Shown: one piece after another, positions 23,702-36,860 of the stretch
Numbering within the stretch: position 1 is the stretch's first letter
Layout of the letters: each line of letters opens with the position of its first letter
Source: Neovahlkampfia damariscottae
Lineage: Eukaryota
NCBI GenBank assembly: GCA_016618085.1
Contig: JABLTG010000158.1
Location: 1-44,453, forward strand
Length of the DNA stretch: 44,453 nt
Reading direction: 5' to 3'
Made by a program: the position numbers and the translations under genes
Notes under the pieces: model-generated
Told to the model about the DNA's origin: nothing
What the model saw: only the letters and a program-made list of their open reading frames with translations
The model's database searches: none

Positions 23702-26700
23702 ATGGAAAAAGATGAAGTTACTTTTGAATTGTTGAAAATAAAGAACTTTCAGGAGATTAATTTTGAATCTGATTATTCAAGTGGTCAGATATCACCATGT
23801 AAAAAATACTTTTCTTTGAAAAATGATAACTTTGTTGAAATTTTCTCAATGAACAAAAAAATTGAATTTTTAATCAAATTAGAGAAGATAATACGGTTAG
23901 AATTTTTTGTTTTTAATGATAAAAAGGTTCGGTTGGCTCTATTTGAAAAGTGAAAAAACATCAATTCTTTATACACTCAATGAGGATTTGGATATAAATT
24001 TTTTAAACTTTGAATCAATTAAAAATGAACTATTTAATATTGAAATTATCAAAAACAAAATTTTTTCACATCAAATTCAAAATATCTTGTTATTAAAAAT
24101 TGATCAAGACTTTAAATCCATAGTTGACTCACTATCATTTGAAAATTGTTTAATTTTAAATTTAAACAAGAAAATACACGTAATTAAGTTGACAATGGAT
24201 AGTATGTTGAATCAAAATTTTCTTGAAATTGAAGAAGAGAATATTTTATGCTTTGGTGTCTTGGATAATTCACTAATTGTTATAAAACAAAATTTTCACT
24301 TCAAAAAATATGAAATTGAATCCTTAAAATGCACAGAAGAAATTCAGTTAAAAATTAAATTCCAACAAATTATTTTTTTAAATGATTTTTATTTGATAAA
24401 AATGAATGATGATTTATTGATAAAATTGACAGAAGAAGAATTAAAAAAAATTGAAAATATTGAAGAAAATGAAAATTTTGTAGACAAATTTAGTGACTTA
24501 TCAAATTTAAAATCTGAAAATAAGGTAGTTTTTATTCAAGGAATAAATTCAATTTTTGATTTTTCAACAATAAATAGATTAGAAATAATCTGCTTTTTAG
24601 AGTTAAATCATAAAATATATCAACTTAAAAATGACGGAATTTACAAATTATCTGATTCAAAACACGAAAATACAGAAAAGCTCAATGAAATAATTTCAAC
24701 TGAATCAAATTTGAAAGATGTAATAGTTGAAGTTCTGTTAGAAGGATATTCAATCAATCATTTGGAAGAATTTATTAAATTCAATGAATCAGAAGAATAT
24801 TTTAACCAATTAAATCAACAATATTTTTCCATTATTTACGAATCTTTTTTAACCAATGATTTTGATATTGGCATCACTATGATTGAAAATTTGAATGAAA
24901 ATGTTGATGAATATTTAAAGAGTGTCATTTTTAATACACCAAATTCTACAATTAGAAGAATTTTAATCAAAGAACTGAAGAGAAGAAATTCCTTCAACAA
25001 GCAAGAAGAAAAATTGATCGATTTTTTATTTGAATTAGAGGAACATTATGATGAAATATATTTCTCAAAATATCACAAAACAAGTGAATATTTAAAAACT
25101 GGTGATTTGAATGATTTCGGAGAATTAATAACCAAAGAATTTGACCATTCAGATGACTCTGATTTTGAAGAAGATCACAATGGATTTTATTTATACACAA
25201 CATTGGACTGGATAAAAAATTGGACTAGGGAAACAAAAGAAAGAATTTTAATTGAAATATCAAAAGAAGAAGAGGTTGAAAAGAAATTTGATAAACTATC
25301 AAAATTTTCGTATTATGTTTCGCATTTTGAATATAAAAAGTTGATTTCTTTGATAAATAAGCATCCAGAATTATTAAAACAACCCCTATATTCAGTAAGA
25401 TATTTTTGTTGATTCACCTTTTGTAGTCTTCTTTGAAATATATCATTGGATACGAGTTCAAATTGAACAATGAATACAGACCAATTTATGATAAAAACCC
25501 GTATTTGTATGATTTGACGCACAAAAATAATGACATTTCAAACCGACCAGAAATTCAACAAGAAATTTGGATGAAATTTTTAGATTGCTCCAATACCAAC
25601 TTGATGGAGTTGTCACTATTAAATTGTGAATTAATATCATCTACAAGGGATTTAAACAAATTTTATGATCGTCCTTTAATTATTCTTTCTACAATGGCAA
25701 CATCAAATAATTACAAAGAAATTTTGAACCAATTGGATACTGAGAAATTCTATGAATCAATTTCAAAATATCCTCATTTAAAAAGAGAATTAAAACAAGA
25801 GATTGATATTACAATTGAAGACTTTTTTCCAAAAATGGATGACGAAGAAGATATTGAATATTTATTGAAAAGAGATCAACCAATGAAAGCATTTGAACTG
25901 ATTAAATCAAGATATATGACTTCTATCAATATTAGTTACGAATTGAAAGAAGAACCTTTTTGCATGAAATATATGAACGAGGAAGAAAGAAATGAAATAC
26001 AAAATGAAATCAAAGAAATTTCAGTAAATGAAATCAACGACGATTTTCTGATTTCAAGTTGTAAAACTTTTTTAGAATTATGTGGATTCGAGACTGATTT
26101 ATTTTTAATTGAAACAAAATTGATCAAAATTATTCAAGAAAAATATCAATTAAAAGTCAAAACATCAATAGAAATATTTGAAACTATTTCAAAATTTTAT
26201 GATGATCAACAACTTCCTTTGGATCTAATTTCATTATTTTTGAAGCATCATCAAGAGTTCAAGTTTGAAAAACATTTGATTTCTATTGCAAAAAATCAGG
26301 ATTGGAAAACTCTTTTGAATCAAAATTTTTTCAAATTGAGTGATAAAGAATTGTATTCATTAGTTGAAGATCATTTCCAAAATGATGAAATGAAAGAAAA
26401 TTTATTGTTTTTTTTGAATACAGAAAATGATAAATTGATCATATATAACTGTTTGAAATATTCTCAAAAATTGAAATCAAAAAAGGAATCATCAAAATAC
26501 CTTCTTCAAAAATCATATGAACATAAAATACCTCTGTTAAGCGTTCTTGCAGCAGATTTTGATGAGAAAAATCGATTGAAGTGTTTCATTGTCTATTTGT
26601 ATATTTTTTTACAAAATGAAGATTTGGAAATTAAAAATGAAATTGAAGACATGTTGGAGGACAAAACCAATCAAATCTTTGAAAATTTGTTATTTGAAAA

Positions 26701-29252
26701 TATTATTTTGAAATTCATTTTGGACGAAAAGTTATTAATGCATTTGATTAATGGGTTCAAAATATTTGATGATGATTCATCACTACTTGATTTGATTCAG
26801 TTCTTTTTTCATTTTAAATTGTTCCAATTTAGCAATTCTCATGAACTGTTGAAGAAATTTTTTAATGAAAAAAATGAGACATTGAAAAAATTTGGTGAAA
26901 CATTAATTTTTAAATTTGGAATGGAAATTGAAAATTATTATGAAAGGACACAATATTTGGATATTTTAAATGATTTCAAACATTTAAAGAATTTACATCA
27001 AGTAAAAAAAAAAATAATTAACGAATCAAAAATTAGGTCAACAAAATATTAGTTGAGAAAGAAATTTATGATCTAAATGTTTTTTTAGAAACAAATGAAC
27101 ATATTATACAAATATTAATCGATTACAACTCATTCAACGAAGTCAAAGAGCTAGTTGAATTATTTCGTTTATCCAAAAATGAAATATCCATTGAAATAGG
27201 AAATAAAATGATAAAATCAATAAAAGAAGAAAATCCAGATAAAGAATATATACTCAATGAAATTGACTCAATATTTGCTTCTTATGATACTTACTCTGAT
27301 CTCTGTGGGAATTTCTTCATTTTGAAATCAATTGAATATCAAGATGATTTCAATTTGAATCAAATCATAAAAATGATAAAATTATCATCACATTGGTTCA
27401 AGAAAATGGATTCAAGAAAATTAGAATCTGATTTAGAATTTATTGAAAATTGTATTACCATTCTTTCAACTTGTAAGAATAAAATTGAGATTGGAAATGT
27501 TTTGAACTCCATAAAGGAAAGAATAATAATGAATAATAAAAAGCAGGTAGAATTGGACATTTCTAATATAGTTCCATTATCATTGGATGAATTACTCAAC
27601 AAAGAAAATTTAAGAGACTGCGAAAGATGTAATGAAATAACTCATTTTTAACATAATTATGTAGTGTCTAATTACTTTAATTACAACTCAATTGATTTAC
27701 AGCTTGTCAAAACTGCTAATTTAATTGCAAAGAATGAAATAAAGAAAGAAGAAATTCCTGAAAATATTTCAATCATGTTAAAGGGATACCTCGAAGTATT
27801 TGATGATACAAAAATGATTTTAGAAAAAATAGCAAGTTTATGCACTTTTTCAGGTGGTAAAAAATTTTGTCGAATCATTTCATTGCTCTATCAAATTTCA
27901 ATTATTTTAGAAACATCTTATGAAATAGTTTACTCAGAAACTGATAAAATTATTTTAGAAAAATTGTTTAATTTAGGTGTGAAAAAGAATAGTAGAATTA
28001 TTTCAAAGTATATTTTATTGAGAGATGTTGAGGATTTTGAATCTATTTTTTCATTTTGGATATTCAAATCTATCAAATCATCTTTTGAAAATTCAACTCA
28101 TTTAAATAAAAATTCAAATGAAAAAACAAGTCAAGATAATGAAGAAGAAAAATGGACATCTAGGAGTGAATTTGTTAATGATTATTTAACTTTATGTCAT
28201 GACTCCAATAAATTGGGTTGTGATTTATTATTCTTCATTGAAAAAAAATTTAAATGCCCAATAGAATGTGAAATTGAAATGATTATTAGATCATTTTGGT
28301 GTTTTCAAATTTCATCAAATTTAGATGGCATGAAAAAATGTCATCAATTCATCAAAGAAAATTTATTTGATCAATTGATGAAAGATAATATTTCTTTATT
28401 AGTTCATTTATTAGTGTCTATAAAAGATTATGAAAATTTATGCTCGATTTTTGATAATTTATTGAAAACGAATCAATTTGAAATTATTGAACAACAAAGA
28501 GATCAAGTTCAATTAAAAATGGGAATTTCTTATTATCTAAAAACAAAAAAATTTCAAGATGAAAAACAATTGAGAATGGTTTATACAAAATATGAAATGT
28601 GGACAAATTTAGGAGAATATTTATTGAAAAAAGGAAATTTAGGTGTTTCAAAGTTATTTGAACAAATGAGAAATGGAACTATAGGATACTTTTATTCTTT
28701 GAGAACTTTGATTCATAAAACATCTAATTATTTCAAAGATGCATCTGATGCATTTATTAATGATGAAAGATATCAAACTGCGTCTCAATGTTTGAATTTA
28801 GCAGTGTTAGTAAAATTACAAGAAAATATTACTGGATATTGTATTTTGAATATATCACAAAACAATGCAAAAATTGTGATGAATGAGCAAACAGATTTTC
28901 AAAATGCATTAATAATTGCATCAGCATATCATTTAAAGTAAGCATTTATCAAATCTAATTCATTTGAAGTGTCTTATCAGAATGGATTTCTCCACTATAT
29001 AAACATGTTATTTTGAACGGAAGAATCAAATACTTTAATGAATTTCGTCAATCTCTTCCTACACCTGAAATTTTATATTTAGAAATTACAAAAATTTTTA
29101 TTCAAGATGAAAAACAACATTCGTATTATACAAAAAAATACTTGAAAGATTTCATCTCAAGTTGTTCAAATTACAAAATTCAAGCCGAAGCCTACAAAAT
29201 GTTAAACTGGAAACAAGAATTGGAAATTGCCAAAGCATTTATTGATGAATAA
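23702..29252 (+). CDS. Spatacsin (SPG11)-like large protein, AP-5 associated
   Basis: C-terminus LLVHLLVSIKDYENLCSIFDNL...DASDAF...ASQCLNLAVLVKLQ...FQNALIIASAY...W..PLYKHVILNGRIKYFNEF resembles the Spatacsin_C region as recalled. Several long ORFs are joined by short introns. Confidence 0.72.
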
Positions 29253-29279
29253 AATATAATTTATTTAAAAATTTAAATC

Positions 29280-31625
29280 TTATGATGAGCACATTAAGCA
29301 ACCTTCTTCTTGGTTGCAAACCCAAACTTTTTTAGCTTTTGTTGTAGCTTTTGATTTCAATGATGATTGATCAACAGTGAATTGAATTGCATTTGCAGCT
29401 GGTTTTGATCTTAAATAATACATGCCTGTTTTTAATCCTTTTCCATGTGCATAAAAATGCATTGAAGTCAATTTCGCAACTGATGGTTCTGCCATGAATA
29501 CATTGAAACTTTGACTTTGATCAATGAAAGCACCACGATCAGCAGCCATATCAATGAGAACTCTTTGTTTAATTTCCCAAACTGTTTTGTACAATGCTTT
29601 TAATTCATTTGGAATTTCTTCAATGTTTTGAATTGATCCAGATTGTGCAATGATTTTATTGATCATGTATGAATCCCAAAGTCCAATTTCAACCAAATCT
29701 TTTACCAAGTATTTGTTGATAACAGGATATTCTCCACTCAAAACTCTTCTAACATAAATATTTGAAGTAATTGGTTCAAAGCATTCATTATTTCCTAAAA
29801 TTTGTGATGTTGAGGCAGTAGGCATTGGAGCAACAAGTAATGAATTTCTAATTCCATTTTGTTTGATTTCTTTTTTCAATCCATTCCAATCCCATAAATC
29901 TGTTGGTGTAACATTCCACATATCATATTGAAGAATTCCTTTGCTTGCAGGTGATCCTTCATAAGATTTATAAGGTCCAAATTTTTTAGCTAAAGTCATT
30001 GATGCATTCAATGATGAGAAATAAATAGTTTCAAAAATTTGTTTGTTTAAAAGAGCAGCTTCAGGTGAATCAAAAGCGTATCTCAATCTCATGAAACAAT
30101 CTGATAATCCTTGAACACCAATACCAATTGGACGATGACGTAAATTTGACTTTTTAGCAGCTTCAACTGGATAAAAGTTAATGTCAATGATTTTGTTTAA
30201 ATTCTTTGTAATGACTTGAACAACATCATATAATTTTTGAAAGTTAAATTTTCCATCTTGAATATATTTTGGTAACGCAATAGAAGCCAAATTACAAACA
30301 GCAACTTCATCAGGAGCAGTGTATTCAACAATTTCTGTGCATAAATTACTTGATTTGATAGTACCAAGGTTTTGTTGATTACTTTTTCTATTACAAGCAT
30401 CTTTGTACATAATGTATGGAGTTCCAGTTTCAGTTTGAGATTCTAAAATAGCAAACCATAAAGTTTGAGCTTTAACTGTTTTTCTTGCAAGTCCTTCTTT
30501 TTCATATTTTTCATACAATGCTTCAAATTCTTCACCCCAACAATCTGATAAACCAGGAGCTTCATTTGGACAGAATAATGACCAATTTCCATTTTCTTTA
30601 ACTCTTTTCATGAATAAATCAGAAATCCACAAAGCATAGAACAAATCTCTTGCTCTATTTTCTTCTTTTCCTGTATTCTTTTTCAAATCTAAAAAGTCAA
30701 AGATATCTGAGTGCCATGGTTCTAAATAAACAGCAAAAGCACCTTTTCTTTTACCACCTCCTTGATCAACGTATCTAGCTGTATCATTGAAAACTCTTAA
30801 CATTGGTACAAGTCCATTTGATTCTCCGTTTGTACCTCTAATGTATGATTTTGCAGCACGAATATTATGAACTGATAATCCAATACCTCCAGCATTTTTT
30901 GATATCAAAGCACATGTTTTTAATGTATCATAAATTCCTTCAATTGAATCACCTTCCATTGTAACTAAAAAGCATGATGATAATTGTGGTTTTGGAGTTC
31001 CAGCATTGAATAAAGTTGGACTGGCATGAATAAACATACCACTTGATAATAAATCGTAAGTTTCTAAAGCAGCTTCAATATCTTCTCCATGAATTCCAAG
31101 TGAAACTCTTAAATACATGTGTTGTGGTCTTTCTGTAATTTCACCTTCAGTTTTTAATAGGTAACTTCTTTTTAATGTTTGAAATCCGAAATAATCAAAA
31201 ACTAAGTCTCTACTGTAGTCAATTTTTTTATCTAAAAGTTCTTTGTTTTTTTGAACAATGTTATATACAGATTCTGAAATTAAAGGAGCAGCTTGTTTTG
31301 TTTTTGGGTGAACGTATTTGTACAATTTTTCTACAACACTTGAGAAACTATCTGAAGTTGTTTTATGAAGGTTTGAAGCAGCAATTCTTCCAGCAAGATA
31401 AGCATAATCTGGATGTTGAACTGAAAGGTAAACAGCTGTTTGAGCAAGAAGTTCATCCATTTGAATAGTTGAAACACCATCAAAAATTCCTTCTGTTGTT
31501 TGTTCAACAACTTTTCTAACGTCAACAAGGTTCGATAAACCTTTTCTGCATCTTTCTAACCTCTTTATAAGTTTTTCTTTATCAAAAGTTTGTTTGTCGT
31601 CGTTTCTTTTAACTACGTTTAACAT
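29280..31625 (-). CDS. RNR1: Ribonucleoside-diphosphate reductase large subunit (class Ia), intronless
   Basis: ATP-cone, [49 protein letters not shown]-terminal CLMCSS. Confidence 0.98.
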   Translation of the reverse strand: MLNVVKRNDDKQTFDKEKLIKRLERCRKGLSNLVDVRKVVEQTTEGIFDGVSTIQMDELLAQTAVYLSVQHPDYAYLAGRIAASNLHKTTSDSFSSVVEKLYKYVHPKTKQAAPLISESVYNIVQKNKELLDKKIDYSRDLVFDYFGFQTLKRSYLLKTEGEITERPQHMYLRVSLGIHGEDIEAALETYDLLSSGMFIHASPTLFNAGTPKPQLSSCFLVTMEGDSIEGIYDTLKTCALISKNAGGIGLSVHNIRAAKSYIRGTNGESNGLVPMLRVFNDTARYVDQGGGKRKGAFAVYLEPWHSDIFDFLDLKKNTGKEENRARDLFYALWISDLFMKRVKENGNWSLFCPNEAPGLSDCWGEEFEALYEKYEKEGLARKTVKAQTLWFAILESQTETGTPYIMYKDACNRKSNQQNLGTIKSSNLCTEIVEYTAPDEVAVCNLASIALPKYIQDGKFNFQKLYDVVQVITKNLNKIIDINFYPVEAAKKSNLRHRPIGIGVQGLSDCFMRLRYAFDSPEAALLNKQIFETIYFSSLNASMTLAKKFGPYKSYEGSPASKGILQYDMWNVTPTDLWDWNGLKKEIKQNGIRNSLLVAPMPTASTSQILGNNECFEPITSNIYVRRVLSGEYPVINKYLVKDLVEIGLWDSYMINKIIAQSGSIQNIEEIPNELKALYKTVWEIKQRVLIDMAADRGAFIDQSQSFNVFMAEPSVAKLTSMHFYAHGKGLKTGMYYLRSKPAANAIQFTVDQSSLKSKATTKAKKVWVCNQEEGCLMCSS

Positions 31626-31964
31626 CGCTGTTCTTTCAACTTTTTATTTTTCTACCAAAAAAATGAATAACGGCATTTATAGTTGTCCAATCAGAATCTA
31701 TGTGATCTGATTGGTGGGAAATACGGGTTATTATTGGTTAATGTTGGTCCAATGGCGGGAAAGTAAATTGACCAATCATACTCCTAACGGTTTTTCACTT
31801 TTTTCAGTTTTTTTTTCATCAAATTTTCGTAATTTTTTTCTCCGTATTTGTTTTACATTCTTTTTTTTTTCAAAAATTTTACTTTTCAAGAGTTTTCAAA
31901 AGAAGGAAATCGTTAGGGATTTTATCCAATCAGATCCGAGCTCAACTTCGTTACACAGAAGAGG
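31626..31964. promoter_or_regulatory. Bidirectional RNR1/CDH1 promoter with E2F-like sites and multiple CCAAT boxes
   Basis: TGGCGGGAAA at 31753-31762 (reverse of TTTCCCGCCA) and TTGGTGGGAAA at 31711-31721. Inverted pair CCAATCAGA(31687-31695)..TCTGATTGG(31706-31714); further CCAAT at ~31749, ~31772, ~31926. Confidence 0.6.
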
Positions 31965-33347
31965 ATGGATAAAGAATTTGAATCTCGAATTTCGAAAACT
32001 CCAAAGTCCTCACCATTAAAAAGGACAGCTATTCCATATGAAAGTCCAAAAAATACACCTCCGCACAAAAAATATTCAAACTGTCGGTAAGCGCATTTTT
32101 AAAAATTCAAAATTTTTAGATTCATTCCAAGTCGTTCAAATTCAGATTTTACTGACTTATCATATTCATCAACAAAATCATTTGAATCAAAAGAAGAAAA
32201 CTCTGAAAAATATCTTGAATTATTGAAAAACGAAATATTACCAAATTCACCAAGTAGAATACTCTCTTTTGACTCATCAGTTCCAAAACCAAATACAAAT
32301 TTAACACAATCACCAAACATAAGCTCACCAATAAAAAAACCAACTAGAAAAATACATACAGCACCTTTTAAAATTTTAGGTTTGAAAAAATTGATTTAAA
32401 AACTGATTTAAATAGATGCTCCTCAATTACAAGATGATTTTTATTTGAATTTAGTGGATTGGTCATCATCAAATATTTTAGCGGTTGGATTATCAGATAC
32501 AGTTTATTTATGGAATGCTTCAACAGCAAAAGTTACAACTGTATGTACTTTAGAAGAAGATAATCTTGTCACTTCAATTTCTTGGAATCAAAATGGAAAA
32601 ACACTTTCTGTTGGAGATAACAACGGAAAAATTAAAATTTGGGACGTTGAAAAGGTCAGTTGTTTAAAAGAATACAGTTCACATACACAACGTGTTAGTT
32701 CATTATCATGGAACAAAAATACTATTTCAAGTGGAAGTCGTGATAAAACTATTGTAAATCATGACACACGAACAGAAAAAATATCAAGTGTATTCAAAGG
32801 ACATAAACAAGAAGTATGTGGATTAAAATGGTCACCAGATGGATCACAGTTGGCATCAGGAGGGAATGACAACAAACTCTTTATTTGGAATTCACTTCAA
32901 ACAACTTCACCTTTACATAAATTTTCGGATCATTCTGCTGCTGTTAAAGCTCTATGTTGGAGTCCTCATCAAAGTGGATTGTTAGCTTCTGGAGGTGGCA
33001 CTGCTGACAAGAAAATTAGATTTTGGAATACTCTATCAGGACAGTGTATAAATACAATTGATACAGGTAGTCAAGTTTGTAATATAGCATGGAGTAAAAA
33101 TGTAAATGAATTAGTATCAACACATGGTTTTTCACAAAATCAAATTATTGTTTGGAAATATCCAACAATGAAACCGATTGCTACATTAACTGGACACACT
33201 TATCGTGTCTTGTATCTCAGTATTTCACCAGATGGAACAACAATTGTAACAGGAGCTGGTGATCAAACTTTAAGATTTTGGAATGTTTTTCCACAACCAA
33301 AATTTCGTGATTTTGAAAATACTAAACTTAGATTAGAAATTAGATAA
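31965..33347 (+). CDS. FZR1: APC/C activator Cdh1/Fizzy-related WD40 protein
   Basis: C-box-like CR|FIPSR, KIL|DAPQLQDDFYLNLVDWS, HKQEVCGLKW, LASGGGTAD, RVLYL, C-terminal IR tail. Confidence 0.92.
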
Positions 33348-33429
33348 AATAAAAATTTATTATTCTTCACATTTAATTTTTTCTCATTTCTTCATTTGAT
33401 TCACACTTCAATTTTTTTTTATTGGTCAA

Positions 33430-35199
33430 ATGTTCAAGAATTTTTTGGTCAACTCGACGAGAAAGAATATTTTTTTGAGGTGTTTTCATCAACCAAAAGT
33501 TTTAGTTGTACCTCAAAAAACTGAAGAGAAATCAAATCCAAATGAGAATTCATTTAAATTTTTATCAAAAGAAATTAATGAAAGTTTAAAATTACTAGGA
33601 ATTTCAGAAGCTTCAGAAATTCAACAATTAGCAATACCAACCATATTGAAAGGAAAAAATACATTATTTGCAGCACAAACAGGTAAAAAAAAAAAAAACA
33701 CTAAAGTAAAATAGGAACTGGTTTGAAAAAATAAAAATTAAAGTGAAAAAGGAAAAACTTTGGCGTATTTATTACCAATTCTTCAGTTAATAAAAAAGAA
33801 TGAAAATGAATCCAAAGCAGAAAATAGACCATCAGCAATCATTTTAGGTGAAAAAAAAAAAAGTTAAAAAAAAATTAGTTCCTTCTAAAGAGTTAGTATC
33901 ACAAGGTAAAAATGAAAAAAAAATATCAACGATTTAGTTTTGTCTGTGATGAAATCTTTCAGTCATATTGTCAAATTTACATCAGCTGGACTTAGAAGGT
34001 AAAAAAAAACATCAAAAACTCAAACTTTTATCAGTGACTTTCGAATGAAAAGACTCAAAAATTCATTATCAAGACCGATAGATATTGTAAAAAAAACTTT
34101 AAAAATATTAAATTTCTTTGATTTTAGGTTGTCACGACACCTGGTATTCTCACTCAATTATCAAAAAAAAAAGTATTTTGTTTTTTTTACTAAAATGTTG
34201 ATTTTTAGTTGATTTATTATTCAAAAGTTAAACATTTGGTATTAGATGAAGCTGATTCTTTGTTGGCAAAAGGGTAACTTTTTTTTTTTTTTTATTCTTT
34301 TTATAGTTTTGAAGAGAATGTTGTTGAAGATATTTTAGTACCATTGAAAAAAAAAATGAAAACAAAAAATGAAAATACTCAATTCATCTTTTGTTTAGCT
34401 ACTTTCAATCAATCTATTCAAAAATTTATTGAACAAGAATTTAATGATGTATCTCAAATTAAAACAACAAATTTACATAAAACTATTAAAAATGTTAAGC
34501 ATAGATTCATAGAAATGAATGGTAGAGATAAATTAAAAGAAGTTGAAAAATTGTTAAAAGAGGATGACCAAGTAAAAAAAAAAAAATAATTTTTTTAACA
34601 CAAATTTTTTTCAAAAGAGAACATTAATTTTTTGTAATACTATTCAATGTTGTAGAGCAGTTGAGCATTACTTAAATGAAAAAGGTTTCAATGTTACAAA
34701 TTTTCATTCTAATATGCCTCCTGAATTAAAAGAACAAGAATTTCAAAGATTCGTTTCTGGAAGTATTAAAATTTTAGTAACAACAGATATAGCTTCAAGA
34801 GGTCTTGATACTTTAAATGTTTATCATGTAATTTTATTTGATTTTCCAGAATCATCAGTTGAATATATTCATAGATCTGGAAGAACAGGTAGAATGGGAC
34901 AAAAAGGAAAAGTTACTTCTCTTTTACAAAAAAAAGAGTTTGAACTTGGAAAATTAATTCAAAATGCCATTTCGTCTGGTCAAAATTTAGATAAATTATC
35001 AAGTGATAAAAAAACTAATAAAATTTGGATGGAAACACAAGCAAAGGAAAGAAAAGAAAAAAGAGAACAAATGGGAAAGAGAAAAGAATATATGATGAAA
35101 AAATTATTTTCAAAAAGAACAAATTCAAAAGAATACAGACAAAAAACAGTTAAAAAAAGTTATTCTACAAAAGAAATTAAAGAAGTTTTTAAAAGTTAA
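33430..35199 (+). CDS. DEAD-box RNA helicase, probably organellar (presequence-like N-terminus), intron-dense
   Basis: SEIQQLAIP, AQTG|TG|KT, PSKELVSQ, VVTTPG, LVLDEADSL, LAT (motif III), TDIASRGLD, YIHRSGRTGR. About 9 introns. Confidence 0.9.
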
Positions 35200-35463
35200 T
35201 CACTCAATATGAGTCTTATGTAATTAGTAAAAAAGAATAAAACTTTTTGGTTTTTTGTTCCCAGTCTGAATTGCATCAAAAAAACAATTCAACAAAGTAC
35301 TTTTCAAATTAAATGTTTCTGATTTTTATTTATGTTTTCATTTCAAATCTTCGTTTTGAAGAAAAAATAGAAAAAATAATTGACCAATAAAATTATTTTT
35401 TATTTTAAACTTTTTTTCCACGAATCAAATTATTTTTCATCAAGAAAACAAAAAAACCAGAGA

Positions 35464-36214
35464 ATGAGCGAATATAGTTTTTCTTTAACAACTTTCAGTC
35501 CTTCTGGAAAATTAGTTCAAATTGAATACGCATTAAATGCTGTTCTTGCAGGCGGTACTTCTTTAGCTATAAAAGCAAAAAACGGTGTAGTTTTAGCGAC
35601 AGAAAAAAAATTACCAACAACTCTTATTGATCCATCATCATTACAAAAAATGAGTTTAATTTGTGAAAATGTTGGTTTAGTTTATTCTGGAATGGGTCCT
35701 GATGCAAGAGTTTTAGTAAAAAAAGGTCAAAAAAAAGCACAAGCATATTTTAGAACTTATAAAGAAAATATCCCAGTAAACCAATTAGTTAAAGAAATGG
35801 CTTCAATTATGCAAGAATTTACACAATCTGGGTAAAAAAAAATAACGAATTTTTTTTAATTTATTTTTTTCGTTTAGAGGAGTTAGACCATTTGGTGTTT
35901 CACTTTTAATTGCTGGTTATGATGATACTGGTCCTCATTTATATCAAGTAGATCCATCTGGTTCATATTGGGCATGGAAAGCGTCTGCTATTGGTAAAAA
36001 CATGATTAATGCAAATACTTTTCTTGAAAAAAGATATACCAATGATATTATGTTGGAAGATGCAATTCATATTGCCATTCTTACTCTTAAAGAAGGTTTT
36101 GATGGACAAATGACTGAAAATAACATAGAACTTGCTGTTATTGATGAAAATAAACAATATAAAATATTGAGTCCTAAAGAAGTTGCTTTAGCACTTGAAA
36201 ATGTTGATCATTAA
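35464..36214 (+). CDS. PSMA2: 20S proteasome subunit alpha-2
   Basis: [21 protein letters not shown]...[18 protein letters not shown]...FLEKRY. One intron at ~35832-35878. Confidence 0.96.
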
Positions 36215-36320
36215 ATTTTGAAATAAATTTTTTTCATTTTTTTTTTTAATTTTTTTACCGAAAGTTTTCTGGACCGGAAGTGACCGGATCAAAAAAAAAA
36301 TAAAGTAAATGATGTTTATT

Positions 36321-36809
36321 TTAATTTCCTCCAAATGCTTTTAATTTTTGTAAGATGAAATCTTTTGATGGATCATATTTGTCATCTTTGCTTGGAATTT
36401 CTAAAACAGCTGGAAATGGTTTATCATAAGTAGCTAATAAATGTCTCAAGTAATCTTCTGCAACCTTTTTCAAAAAACATTAAAAATTTCAACTCTTTGT
36501 GTCTACCTTTTGAGTTATTAAAATGATGGCTATATTTTTTGTTGTTGAAAATTGTTTAAAAGCATTTTCGACAACAGTTGGTGCTATACAAATAATTTAA
36601 AAAGAACTTTTTTTTACCAGTTGAATCGTTTACAATTAAAAAATTTGCTTGGTCATTAACGTGACTAACATTACCAACACCAGCAAGAAGAAAACCTGTT
36701 ACAGTATCCTTTGGAGTTTAAAAAAAAGAAAAATAAATCATACTACATCGCCTATGATTGAAATTAAAGCTTCTTGTCCTTCTTTAAAGTATTGTTGTTT
36801 TGAAGACAT
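36321..36809 (-). CDS. ATP6V1F: V-type ATPase subunit F
   Basis: Spliced by eye (3 introns), missed by the ORF track: ISIIGDV|DTVTGFLLAGVG...IAIILITQK|VAE...PAVLEIPSKDDKYDPSKDFIL. Confidence 0.92.
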
Positions 36810-36860
36810 TATTGATGGTTTTTATTGGATGATAAAAACTCAAGTTGAAAATTAAAAAAT

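Noticed and set aside
29280..31625. Intronless RNR as a giant-virus-derived gene
   Set aside because: Typical eukaryotic sequence with ATP-cone, host CCAAT/E2F-like promoter and host neighbours; other host genes also have multi-kb exons.
31711..32019. 102-aa ORF in the RNR1/CDH1 spacer
   Set aside because: Non-ATG start, Phe/Lys low-complexity translation of promoter T-tracts.
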